DNA of 63,873 nucleotides, counting the filler, from Diploschistes diacapsis (Eukaryota), in NCBI GenBank assembly GCA_023645945.1. It is 15 parts of 15 records of this genome, joined end to end, with 100 filler letters (N's around TTAATTAATTAA, not from the genome) between each part and the next. Parts side by side here need not be neighbours in the genome. Positions count along the whole stretch, not along the records: positions 36,534 to 39,195 come from JALAIB010002124.1; positions 39,296 to 41,953 come from JALAIB010002125.1; positions 42,054 to 44,708 come from JALAIB010002126.1; positions 44,809 to 47,460 come from JALAIB010002127.1; positions 47,561 to 50,201 come from JALAIB010002128.1; 10 more parts are not named here. One strand, given 5' to 3'. Positions 38,578-49,731 of the stretch are shown one piece after another. Made by a program: the position numbers and the translations under genes. The notes beneath the pieces are model-generated. The model ran no database searches and was not told the origin of the DNA. It was given only the letters and a program-made list of their open reading frames with translations. Every line of letters begins with the position of its first letter. The stretch's first letter is position 1.

Positions 38578-38790
38578 CATCACGAAAACTTTTTGGCGGC
38601 GAAACACCGGGAAAATCCGCAAGGTTGGCGAAACTGACGAAACCGGCAAAATGGGCAACAGATAATGCGTTCAAGCGGCACGCCAACTTTCGCCAAAAGG
38701 TTTGGCGAAACACGGCGAAACTGGCAAAACCAGCGAAACTAACGAAGATGGCGAGACCAATCATTTTTTACTAATATATTACGTAAGCAA
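38578..38790 (+). repeat. Dispersed repeat end with GGCGAAAC tandem motifs (probable DNA-transposon subterminal region)
   Basis: CATCACGAAAA...GGCGAAAC repeats...CCAATCATTTTTTACTAATATATTACGTAAGCAA; near-identical copy at 55380-55600. Confidence 0.7.
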
Positions 38791-38812
38791 GAAAATTATT
38801 GAATTTAATATA

Positions 38813-39195
38813 ACGTATATGTATAGCGAGCGGACAATCAGAATTAGCTGATATCCCTTATCCAATTTTAAGAACTTTTAACTTTAATATCAATTTTCTA
38901 CTCGTACTATTATAAAATCATCATTAATTAAAAATAAAAACATAATTACACTTTAAGTTATTAAATAATACTTAAATCTTAATATAAAACGCGTATTTTA
39001 GATATATAAGGTTCCTCGTATAACGCTTATTACTCGACGCGATAGTCGTATTTTAAGCATTTTTTGCCTTCGTATGAAATTTTATATCCACCGTGGTCCG
39101 ACCGGCCGCGTATTCGAGCTACGCGCATTAAATTAATTATATCGCGTATGTCGTTCTATGACGGCGGAAAATCATATTCGATTAAATTAATCGTA
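38813..39195 (+). mobile_element. Fot1/pogo-type DNA transposon left end
   Basis: TA|ACGTATATGTATAGCGAGCGGACA TIR; colinear with 52213 onward. Confidence 0.8.
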
Positions 39196-39538
39196 NNNNN
39201 NNNNNNNNNNNNNNNNNNNNNNNNNNNNNNNNNNNNNNNTTAATTAATTAANNNNNNNNNNNNNNNNNNNNNNNNNNNNNNNNNNNNNNNNNNNNGGTAG
39301 CGATCGCTTGGTTATATTATTAATAATATTTATTCTTAAAAATATTTAAGTATTATAATCTCTATTTATACAAAATATACACGAATAAGATTAAGATAGG
39401 TTTAATTTCTATTAAAAAAGAAATATAATAAAAAAAAAAGATAAAATAATTATAGATCTTAAATTATCTTTAAAAAAAAAGTTTTTTAATAATAAAAATA
39501 ACGAATATAAATTAATCCCGAATAATAATTAAAGATAT

Positions 39539-41953
39539 TGTTGAGCAGACAGGCAGAAGGCATGGCTGGGAGTCTAACTAAGTTCCAGAAGGAGGTTCAG
39601 TTCAGCTGAACCTCCTGGAATCCCAACTAGACCGGTTTAGAAATAGTATAGATAATAGGACTTAACGTATCTCATAAGAATAAAAGTCTGTAAAATAAGA
39701 TAATCTCCTAAATAGACTTTTAGACTTTAATACATCCATTACGTTGCTAAACAGGTTATAAGCCCGAGTTAACACCTGCTTTATTACGCTTAATCGTTTA
39801 TTAAAACTACGTTTCCCGGTAGTTATTACGGTTACGAACGCGGGTACCGATTACGTTATTTAACGTAAATTAAATCGAAGAGATTCAAAAGCCCAGAATC
39901 TAAATTATAAGATTTTAAAATGGGCTGATTTAAAGGTAGAAGTTATACTACTTTAAAAGAACGCGGGACCTTAATACGCTAACTTAGGGTAGGTCTAAAT
40001 AAGAAATAATTAGATCCAAATATCATCTATATAAATCAACGAAAAATAACCTCCTTTTCTTTCGATAACAATCGAAGTTCAATTAAACTCGCTGAACCTA
40101 TTCGACTACCTTCATTTCTATTATAGAAAATTATTCTTTATATCATTCATTAATTAATTATTAATTACGAATTATTCATTCAATAAATCTTCTTTGTTTT
40201 ATAAAAATAGTAATAAGATAGACGACATCTTATTTAAAAAACGGGTTGCCCCTATCCTAAAGAAAGAGAATCAATAATAATAATTCAAACTTATACGCAT
40301 ATACCTCGAAAACGAAGAAATAGATTACGTTTTTGATAATCAGCCATTAATATCGCCTACTACAGTCATTCTAGACAATTCTATATCATCTATCCTTACC
40401 GGTTTAGGTTTAGTTCTGGATAAAATACCTAAATAATAAAAGAAAGATTAATCTAAAATAAATTATTAGATTATAATCTATATAGGAGAAATCGACCAGA
40501 AACGTTTTCGTAATTTACCTATTACGAAAGCCAGGTGGGATTCTCTGTAGGTAAAATATCAGGCGATAACTGAACCTGAACGTCGGCAACTAAACCTTGA
40601 ATTCGCCAATTATAAACTTAAGGAAAACACGACTATTTAAGAAGCGTGGATGCACCTAATAAAACTTTCGAAGAAGTTATCGTATAAACGAACTAAATAC
40701 GCCCTAAAGGTTCCCTTTCAATAATTATTTGTAGTATTATCGCCTGATTATAAAGTTATTATCGACGCCATTAACACGTAAATCGATAATGTTTCATTCG
40801 TTAATATCGATTTCGATAGATGGTTTAATAGACTTAACGATAAATAAAATAAGTTGATAAAAAAGATTACAGCATATTCCCTACGTTATGATAGATCATA
40901 ACACTTTAAGGGCTCCCGTTCCCAGAAACGATCCGACGAAAGACGACGCCGCCATTCTAATTTAATAAAAGGATGTCTATTTTATAAAAATAATAACCAT
41001 CGCGCAATACAGTACAAACTCGCTAAAGAGTTTAAATAAATGGTTATTATAGCAAAAGATAAGAAGCGGAAGAAAAGAAAAGAATCCCGAAACATCCGCG
41101 ATAAAAAAGGTAAGAACAAGCGCGCCTATAATATAGAAGCTTTAGACGATAAAAATTCAGAAAGTTCGGAAACTGAACCTAAATCTAAACCTTAATTATA
41201 TAATAATGAAATTAATAATATAGTTAAGGACGTTATTATTAAAAATAAGATTATTTTTATTGAATGGATCGGTGATACCGGCGCTTTATCACATATAATT
41301 AACCAGTTACATCTGTTTAGACACGTGACTCCTATTCGAAAACGACGAATCAAAATCGGGAAAAAAATGCTCTATTTAAATTATATTAAGAAAGTTAAAT
41401 TGAAGTAAGGTAATTGCGTTTTGTATTTAAAATATATGATGTATATGCTTAAATTAAAAACAAACCTTATATCGGGGTAAAAGTTATATAAAACAGGACT
41501 ACGGGGAAGTTTTGATCAAAGAAGCTTGTATTTATACGACAAGAACGGTCGGATCATTCTTATATACAAAAAAAAGAATAAAATCTATTACTCGAGCAAA
41601 ATTATAAAAAAAGAATATACATATAGAACAATTACGTACCTAATAACTAAACTTAAACCTAAACTAAACCCAAAAGTTTAATCTAATAAAACCAGTTATC
41701 AGTTATAGCACGCACGTATGGCTCATATGAAACCTAAGAAATTCCAGAATCTGCATAAAGTTACGATTCTCGTTAATCCTATCCGTATCGCATTTTATAC
41801 GTATAAGATATATTAATTGATAAAAATTAAATAATAGATTGGCCGTACCCTGGTTAAGTATAAGCAAAGTATTCTAAATTTAATAAACGTCGACATCTAT
41901 AGACCCTTCTTAAAGTCATTTAACAATAATTAGTATTTTATAGAAATTATCGA
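39539..41953 (+). mobile_element. Degraded Ty1/Copia retrotransposon (5' LTR, PBS, gag, protease, start of integrase)
   Basis: LTR 39539-39753 (TG..CA); PBS GGTTATAAGCCC; protease WIGDTGALSH at about 41265; GAG-pre-integrase L*HARMAH at about 41704; integrase VDIYRPF (cf. DxxGP) at about 41889. Protease followed directly by integrase is the Copia order. Confidence 0.9.
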
Positions 41954-42053
41954 NNNNNNNNNNNNNNNNNNNNNNNNNNNNNNNNNNNNNNNNNNNNTTA
42001 ATTAATTAANNNNNNNNNNNNNNNNNNNNNNNNNNNNNNNNNNNNNNNNNNNN

Positions 42054-44038
42054 CTTCATTTAGGAACTCTAGAATCAGAAGTAAACCCTTTAGAATTAAA
42101 ATAACCAACTAATAATTTATTAGACGTATAATTTACAACGGATGCTGCCAATTTCTCTATAATAAACCCGATTGCCGCCAAAGTTGAAACATTCGTTACG
42201 ACACGGAACGAAGCTGTTCAACGAGAACAATCATATATAAAAATACCGGATATAAAAATCAATATATCTTAAAAAACTAAAAAATAATATATATCAGAAA
42301 TCACTACTGGGAAAGACATTAGAACATTTAAAAAAGATATTAATATTCTAAAAGAAAGAATCGCAATAGCCGCGTCTGCCGTACCTCCTATTATTATATT
42401 TAGAAGGCAAGCACGAAGATTTATAAATGCACGTTAGGACGAAACACGCGATATTAAAACAATTTTATTATCCTAAGATATAACATTACGAAAAATATGA
42501 CGCAGACGTAACATAATCACGGACCTAATACGATCAAAACCAGAAATAATAGATACGAAAGATGCATTAACTATAACAAAAATTATTATAAAAAAAACGT
42601 ACGATCGGAAATATAAAGTTTGCTTTATACGCGAAAAAGATTTTACGATATTATAATTATATAAGATATATAAGATACCCGTAATCCTAAACAAGAAACT
42701 TTTACCGTAATTCGCTAATTTTTTCAAAGTTTTAGAACGAGTAAATAAGCTCGCCTACAGGTTAGAACTTTTTTAATATTATAAGAAACACGATATCATT
42801 AATATAGCACATTTAAAACCTATCTTAGATCCCGCCGGTGACCCCTATCACCGCCGACCCTTACTTCCACCGCCTATGACCGTCGACTTAGAAGAAAATC
42901 ATTATAAAATGAATAAGCTACTGGCTAAAAGGAGATTCAGAAAAAATAGAAATTAAAAGATAAAGTATTTAATACGTTAAATAAAATATGACGTTAACGA
43001 GGACATATGAATATTTAATAAAAAAACTATTACGACATACTAAGAACCTAATCGCCGACTACGAGAAGAAGTATAAGGATATTACAAAGGTTGGACAAGA
43101 TCAAGGGCAGGATGCAAGCAGGGCCAGCGAGGATTGAGCGGGTGTCGAGAGAGCAAAAGAGGCTTTGCCTTGTGAGGGTTTTTTAGAAGCTTTGTCGGAA
43201 GGTTTTGTCTTTAAAATAAAGGGTTAAAAAGAAGATGCTTCGGATAGTTATTAGTATAAAATAGGCTGGCCGTTTCGTGCCACGGACACTTCCACGGACA
43301 CTATCGAGAAAATTTTTAAAACACGATACTGCCACGGACACTACCGCTAAAATTTTAAAACACAGACATTTCTACGGACACTGCATTACAGTAAAAACAC
43401 GGACACGGATATTACGGTTAAAAATTTTAAAACACGGATACTTTCGCGGACATTATCGTTAAAATTTTTAAAACACGATACTACCACGGATATTATATTA
43501 TAATAAATTTATCGAAATATTACCGTAAATCCATCGAAATACCGCGATAAAAAAATAAAAGCGTAAAAAATAAACGTAATAATTTTAAAATTATTAAAAA
43601 ATAAATATTAATTAAAAATATTTCGATGAATGCACGGACACGGTAATAAATTTATTAACACGGATATTACGATTAAAAATTTTAAAACACGGATACTTCT
43701 ACGGACATTATACTACAATAAAAGTACGGACACGGATATTACGGCTAAAAATTTTAAAACACGGACACGGCCGTGTCAGTGTCCGTGACGGCCAGCCTAG
43801 TACAAAAATATAAGCTAGCTACATACTTATATAGGCATAAGCTTTTTAATAAACGGGAAGATTGTGATAATCGCTGGGTAGCTTAGGGATTGTTGATAGA
43901 TTGCTTAGGACAGGTCGTGCTGACATCGCTACCAGCAGGCGATATCTATGACGATGCTGCTTGACATCTTATGTACATAAGTAGATTTTCGCTCCGACTT
44001 AGCTAACAATCCACACACTTCTCACACTTGATTTTACA
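42054..44038 (+). mobile_element. Degraded Gypsy chromovirus 3' part (integrase C-terminus, chromodomain, PPT, 3' LTR)
   Basis: FKVLERVNKLAYRLEL..HDIINIAHLKP, then chromodomain-like EENHYKMNKLLAKRR..KYLIR*IKYDVNEDI*; a purine tract precedes LTR 43863-44038 (TG..CA). Confidence 0.8.
43262..43799 (+). mobile_element. Complete 538-bp non-autonomous hAT element (MITE)
   Basis: 12-bp TIRs TAGGCTGGCCGT / ACGGCCAGCCTA; 8-bp TSD GTATAAAA / GTACAAAA; interior packed with CACGGA(C/T)A repeats; no credible ORF. Confidence 0.88.
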
Positions 44039-44708
44039 GATGATTTGCATAGCAATCGTAGCGCCTATCGTTAGAATATGTAGCAATCTTAGTCTTCAAG
44101 TTCGCCTACTTATTGGATAGTTTATTCAGTCATTTATCGTAGTTTACGTTCTTTGAATTGGCTTTTTCGACCTGAATATTAATACCGTCAATCAACTTGT
44201 TATAAAATGATAGGAGATTAGTTAATAATTATTTAAAGACTAGTTTAGCATTAAACTTTTAATTTAATTTAGTAGCGTTGATTTTCTTTTAGATACGAAT
44301 TAAGTATATTTAAATATCTATAATTAATTAATCGTCCAAAAGTTTGTGCGTAATGAACTCGAGTCGTAATTATCGACATTCGCTTTCAATAACCTTTTCG
44401 TACTTGACCTTAAGAGATATCCACTTGACGTAAGAAATATCGAGATCCTCGATACGTTCGTAATCGACGTCGTTTGTGTAAAGATATATTTAATAATTAA
44501 CTTTGACCTGATACTTTCGCTATTGATCCTTAATATATAAAAATTTAGGTATTAAACTGAACTGACTACTCGATGTTAGAATATCGATACCATAACTAGA
44601 CGGTGTTTCGTACAGCAACACGTCGTCTACTCCTTCGCTTTAAAGATAATTCTTAACTAATATAAATCATTCCTTATGGTTTTCCTTGCTCAATACTAGA
44701 GCTACTCT
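44039..44708 (-). mobile_element. Copia gag remnant
   Basis: Near-colinear with 55783-56435, which runs into a Copia 5' UTR and LTR. Confidence 0.7.
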
Positions 44709-44808
44709 NNNNNNNNNNNNNNNNNNNNNNNNNNNNNNNNNNNNNNNNNNNNTTAATTAATTAANNNNNNNNNNNNNNNNNNNNNNNNNNNNNNNNNNNN
44801 NNNNNNNN

Positions 44809-45248
44809 CTACAAGATAGACACGAGATATTAATTAAAATAAGTTTAGTTTCGTTTAGAAGAGAAGTATAAGTAGAAAAAGAAGATAGAATAATTATAGG
44901 TTTTAGACTGTTTCTGGAAAGAAAGTTCTAAAATAATAAAAGTAACGAATATATATTAATCCCGAGTAATAATTAAGGATGTTTATAAAAGTGAACACGC
45001 TCTGGATTTATAAAGGCTATAGCGACGTTTTTATATAATTAATAACTTCCTTAATAAAATAGATGAATAAATGAATAAAATTACCGTTTTTTCTTTCTAT
45101 CCACGACTAAGTAGAATAGTCTTCAAGACCTTTTATTCATCACGTGACCCGTGTCATCTTAATTAGATTATATATAAGGAATGGCTGGGAAGTGCCCGAC
45201 TAGCTGTTGCGTGCCAAGTACTGCCGAACAGTACCTTGGATCGTAACA
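44809..45248 (-). mobile_element. LTR (family of 33146-33599), truncated at contig edge
   Basis: Reverse complement begins TGTTACGATCCAAGGTACTGTTCGGC. Confidence 0.75.
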
Positions 45249-46158
45249 GTTAATTATAAAAGAGAACGCTATCTTAAATTTATTATATACTATTAAATTT
45301 AAATATTATAACTTTTAAGAAAGAACTAAAGAGTTAAGAATTTACTGATTTTATTATTTATAATATTAAAACGTTCTAATTAAAGTTAATAGACTATAAG
45401 GATAGAAAAAGAATGAACTAACTGATTTTGTTAAAGATAAACAGACTAGAACGATGCATTTATAAAGAAGGAATTGATTAAAAGGAATGCTTTATAAATA
45501 TAAAAAGTAATTAATAAACGAATCGCTTATATTTTAATAAAGAAGGATGTAATTTTATTACGGAATTAAGCCCTAAGTCCGAAAAGATTTGGCGGAATAT
45601 CTTTTATTTGTAAATCTGTAGCTAGACAATTTAAACACACGATGCAATCGAATCACACTGTGCCATGATGTTTCTTCATCTGTCGGACGGTATACGTAGC
45701 GGTGTAGTCCAGTTAATAGTCTAAGCTTCTGTTGATTCGATTATATCCATTTCTAACATTCCGAGGGTGTCTTTATCGAAGGTGTCGCTTCAAATAAATA
45801 TTTCAAAAAACTCTATCAATCGACCCCATGGGAACTAAATAATCACATTGGTGATGTTCTATCTTTCAACTTGTAACATGGCAACAGGAGATTCATCTGG
45901 AAACCGTATACCATTTATGCGGGAAGAATGCGTCGGAGAGACAACCGCTGTCACCGTGTCAACTCCGCATTCCAGGCACGGACTGCCCGAAAGGGAAGTA
46001 TCGAGCTACCTCTCCTACATGTATAAAGCAACCGGAACCCAATACCAAAGTTATGTTCTGTAGCAAGCATCTGCTTCTCTTCGCAACTGAGATCTTCGCT
46101 ATCGAGATCCTGCATTATCCTTTCCTCTGTCCCAATTGCATATATTGTTACCAACACC

Positions 46159-46800
46159 ATGCACTTCCAATCTTCCCTGTTCATAGTCTCCTTCTTCACA
46201 AGCATTTCAGTCTACGCGCATCCGATCCCCGAAGACTTTACTGCTGTTTTTCCTGAACTGCGGATAGCCCAGCACGGCGCCCACACCAGCTTAGCGGAGA
46301 AGAGGGAGCTCGAAGCAAGCGCTCAGGATGAAGACCAGCACATTAGCGTACCAAGGTCCGATGCCCTTACTTCAGCTAGCTTCCCTATATTGACCCCGTA
46401 CAAGAGAAGCGGACCAAGATCAAGTCCCAGCCCCAAGGCTCGCCATCCCAGATTTGCTCGAGGACATGACCATTCCCGCCTCCACTGTCGCCAACGAGGC
46501 AGAAGGTCTCACAGAGGTTTCTAAAAGGGAGCGTGTTGACGCCATGCAAGAACGCATAGCGAGTCTCGAACCATGAGCGTGAGTTTGCAATTCCTTCCCA
46601 ATTGTACCGTTAGCTAACGGGGCATACAGTAAGAAATCTAAAAAGTCTAAGGAAAGGGCTGCCACAAGACGGTCAAGAAGGTGACGGAAAAGACTGTGCC
46701 TCTAAAACGCATGAATGAGGGGGAAGCTGGGGATGAAAAGGCTGCAGCGGAGTCTGCCATCAACACCTCGATTGATGCTCGGGTGATGGTGGAAAATTAA
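46159..46800 (+). CDS. Small secreted prepro-protein, possibly decaying (premature stop and frameshift); 3' structure uncertain
   Basis: Signal peptide MHFQSSLFIVSFFTSISVYA|HPIP, KR sites, a candidate intron at 46356-46404, and a canonical GTGAGT..GCTAAC..CAG intron at 46579-46629. Confidence 0.6.
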
Positions 46801-47225
46801 GGCTGGTGGACTAGCACATTTGGATAGCAATACCATAATCATGAATGGAGTTTTATCTTCCTAATTTCTTATTATGGAAGGAAATTAAGCTGGTTTTTTT
46901 TTGGCGTTGATAGGACTAGTTATGAAGCATCTGACAGATTGATTACAAACTCGGGTAACATGCCATCATCTGCCTTCAGGTGCCTGAACACGGATCATGC
47001 ACGTCTCTCTATAGAAAGTTGGATGACAGATGGAAAAAGAGCATCCTCTACCTACCTTGGGGAGTACCTATCAGCAGAAAAGAAGAAATACCCGCCGGAT
47101 GCATTTCATGCGGGCATCGACAAACTACTGCCGGATTTGATCGGATGATACAGCTGCCACCATCATGTCTTTCGCCATTAAGATAGCATCACTAAGATAA
47201 GAAAGAATGACCATACGAGAAAAAA

Positions 47226-47443
47226 TGGCCGAGAATGATTCATCCAACTATATTGCCTTCCGAGACTGCTTTTCCGCAGCATTACTACAGCATATATCGT
47301 CGTATCCGGCCAGTAAAGCATCAAAACGCCGCTCAGCAAGATCGAAGAAGAAGCCACCTCCTTCGTCCGACGACCCCGCCACCACTACCACGACGCAGCC
47401 TCCAGAGGGCAAAGACGCCGACGACCTCGCCGAATTCATCGAG
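47226..47443 (+). CDS. First exon of a conserved fungal protein (family recalled to carry a C-terminal HNH-like domain); truncated by contig edge
   Basis: MAENDSSNYIAFRDCFSAALL...DADDLAEFIE followed by a GT donor. The N-terminal motifs were recognised from memory; the diagnostic C-terminus is not in the window. Confidence 0.55.
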
Positions 47444-47560
47444 GTAGAACCAGCCAACCCNNNNNNNNNNNNNNNNNNNNNNNNNNNNNNNNNNNNNNNN
47501 NNNNTTAATTAATTAANNNNNNNNNNNNNNNNNNNNNNNNNNNNNNNNNNNNNNNNNNNN

Positions 47561-48013
47561 GGAAAGGGGGAGGGGAGGGGCAACGAGGAGGTAAAGAAAA
47601 AGGAGAGGGAGAGCGAAGCAGGAGCGCGAAGAAAGGGGTGGCCAGGCTGGAGTCCCACGAGGTTGACGTGGGAGAGCACGGGCCAGCTAGACGCCCTCGC
47701 AGATAGACCGGGGCCAGGCCAAAAGGCGCTGAAAAAGGACCTGGCCAAGGCGGCGGCCAAAGTTGACATTGTCGCGGGAGGTGCTGCTCAAAATGGGACT
47801 GCGCAGGAAGAGATGGGAAAGAAACCAACATGGCAATGGGAGAAATTAGGAACGGTGTTTGAAGGCAGTGGAAGGGAGAGCGCAGGTCTGCGCGGCGACG
47901 GAGTACCGGGGTCACCGGGCGTGGCGTTTGCGGACGTGGCGGGCTCGAGGCGGGCGGCGCACATGCACGTGGAGGAGAACGGGGCGGTTTGGGGGTGGGG
48001 GAATGTTTGTTGA
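47561..48013 (+). CDS. 3' end of an unidentified protein (5' missing)
   Basis: Open frame from the contig edge to TGA at 48013 with GC-rich codon usage (...HVEENGAVWGWGNVC*). Confidence 0.45.
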   Translation, partial: GKGEGRGNEEVKKKERESEAGARRKGWPGWSPTRLTWESTGQLDALADRPGPGQKALKKDLAKAAAKVDIVAGGAAQNGTAQEEMGKKPTWQWEKLGTVFEGSGRESAGLRGDGVPGSPGVAFADVAGSRRAAHMHVEENGAVWGWGNVC

Positions 48014-48516
48014 GGATCGAGAGATTAGCTTGGCTTGGCTTGGGGAAGGTGGATGGGGAGAACTAGGGGGCTATGGGGGTGTATGATTGTGCTTTGGCGG
48101 GTATGTATATGGATAGGGCGATGTTCGTATGTGGCTTGTAGCCGTGATTTGCAAACTGTTTGATTATTTTTATTCCAGTCGGCTGCAAGCGTATGCCCTC
48201 TTTTTTCATGCGGTTTATGGCCCGTTCCCTGGCACTTGTATGATGGCTTCGGTCTGCTTCGGGCGTATGTCTGTTTTTGCTTGATCTGCAGCCCTGCAGC
48301 CATCTGTGTAATAGACGGATACTCACCGAAGCTATCCTGATGCTCAACTCACCGTACCTGTCTCTTTGAGAGAAATACCATCTATCCCCAGCTTGACCTC
48401 TCCATCTATCCCCAGCTAGACCTCTCCATCGAAGCCCAAAGTAAACAGGCCCGCTCTGCCGTCCAGCGGCCAGTACATGCCAGCCACCACAGCAGCCATC
48501 CGAGTCCACCGATCGA

Positions 48517-49731
48517 CTAACGCCACGGCCGGCCCTCGGCCCAGGGCTGGTTCCCGTTCCAAACCTGCCTCCCTCCCTCCGCCCAGCCCATCCTCTCCTC
48601 TCCCTTCTCCGCCTCTCTCTTCACCTCTTTCTCCGCACGCAAACTCCACCGAGCCTCCCTGGTCTCCCTGGCCTCCCTGGCCTCAGTGACCTCCTTCCTC
48701 AGCCCTTCGATCTCCTCCCTCATCCCCGCGTGGACCTGCTCGAGCTTGAGCTCCGCAAGGTTCTTCTCCGCCTCCAGAATGCCGACGCGGCGCTTGAGGC
48801 TCGCGACTGAGGTTAGGAGGTTGTCGTAGACGGAGCTGTCTTGAAGGGTTTGGAGCATGGAGCGCTCGTTGGCGAGGAAGGCTTTGAATTTGAGGAGGAC
48901 GCGCTCGATGAGGTCTTCGCTAATGGCGTCGGGGATTCTGGAATGGGTTGTAGATATGACTGTGGATGGGGTAGGGTTGCTGTTGGTGCTGGTGCTAGGT
49001 AGAGGGAGGGGGTGCGTGAGGTGGGTAGGGGGTTGTTGCTCTGTGAAATGTGCGGTGGTGGTGTTTGGGGCCGTTATTTTACTTGTTGCTGAGGCTGCTG
49101 AGGCTGCCGAAAGACTTGGTTGCGCGCGTTTGGGGGACCTCTTGGCGGGGAATATTGGTGCATGATTTATTGATGGCATGGCTTCGCGCGCTGTGGCTGC
49201 TGGCCCCGTTGCTTGTGGTTGAGCGATGGGCAAGCTGGCAAGTGGGGGTCTGCTTGCTGATGGCGGCGCTGGGACGTTGGTACCAGCGCAAGTCGCGGTA
49301 GTAGTCGAGGGGAAATAGTCGTGAGATGAGTTCCTAGTCGAAAGAGGAGGAAAGTTCTCGGCTGATAGTGGTGGAGGCGAAACTGCCCTGGCATTGTTGA
49401 CAGCGAAGTTGAGGGGTGAAAAGTCTGGAGATTCGTAACCCTGTAATCGGGGTGCCCCATGTCCCCTCTCCTTGATATGTTTTTGAAGCTTTGTTCTGGA
49501 CGGAAAGGTCTCTTGACAGACGTCGCAGGTTCCCACCTTTGGAGGCTGTTGTCGACAAAAGTGGATGTGGTGGTCCATGCGGGTTTTGGAGGTGAAGGCC
49601 AGGCCACACAGGCTGCATTTGTGACGAGGAGGATCGTGATTACATAGCTGGACATGGGAATCCAGAAGATTGGCTGGGATGCCTTTGCCGCAGATATGGC
49701 AGGTACGTGCTCCCACGTTGACGTTGCCCAT
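48517..49731 (-). CDS. Zinc-finger protein (two C2HC and one C2H2-like finger, Pro/Ser/Thr linker, C-terminal coiled coil)
   Basis: CHICGK..SHVQLC, CSLCGLAF..HHIHFC and CDVCQETFPSRTKLQKHIKERGH; C-terminal LKRRVGILEAEKNLAELKLEQ. The 3' end may be spliced. Confidence 0.75.
   Translation of the reverse strand: MGNVNVGARTCHICGKGIPANLLDSHVQLCNHDPPRHKCSLCGLAFTSKTRMDHHIHFCRQQPPKVGTCDVCQETFPSRTKLQKHIKERGHGAPRLQGYESPDFSPLNFAVNNARAVSPPPLSAENFPPLSTRNSSHDYFPSTTTATCAGTNVPAPPSASRPPLASLPIAQPQATGPAATAREAMPSINHAPIFPAKRSPKRAQPSLSAASAASATSKITAPNTTTAHFTEQQPPTHLTHPLPLPSTSTNSNPTPSTVISTTHSRIPDAISEDLIERVLLKFKAFLANERSMLQTLQDSSVYDNLLTSVASLKRRVGILEAEKNLAELKLEQVHAGMREEIEGLRKEVTEAREARETREARWSLRAEKEVKREAEKGEERMGWAEGGRQVWNGNQPWAEGRPWR

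Noticed and set aside
38544..38774. ORFs with AKLAKPAK repeats (also 55341-55576 and 43277-43462)
   Set aside because: They are translations of subterminal DNA repeats in transposon ends.
45873..45885. GTAACATGGCAAC, an RFX X-box-like site upstream of the secreted gene at 46159
   Set aside because: A single degenerate match on a contig unlinked to the RFX gene; it cannot be distinguished from chance.
47226..48013. Joining the 47226 exon and the 47561-48013 ORF into one gene
   Set aside because: They are separated by an artificial spacer, and the second piece lacks the expected C-terminal motifs.
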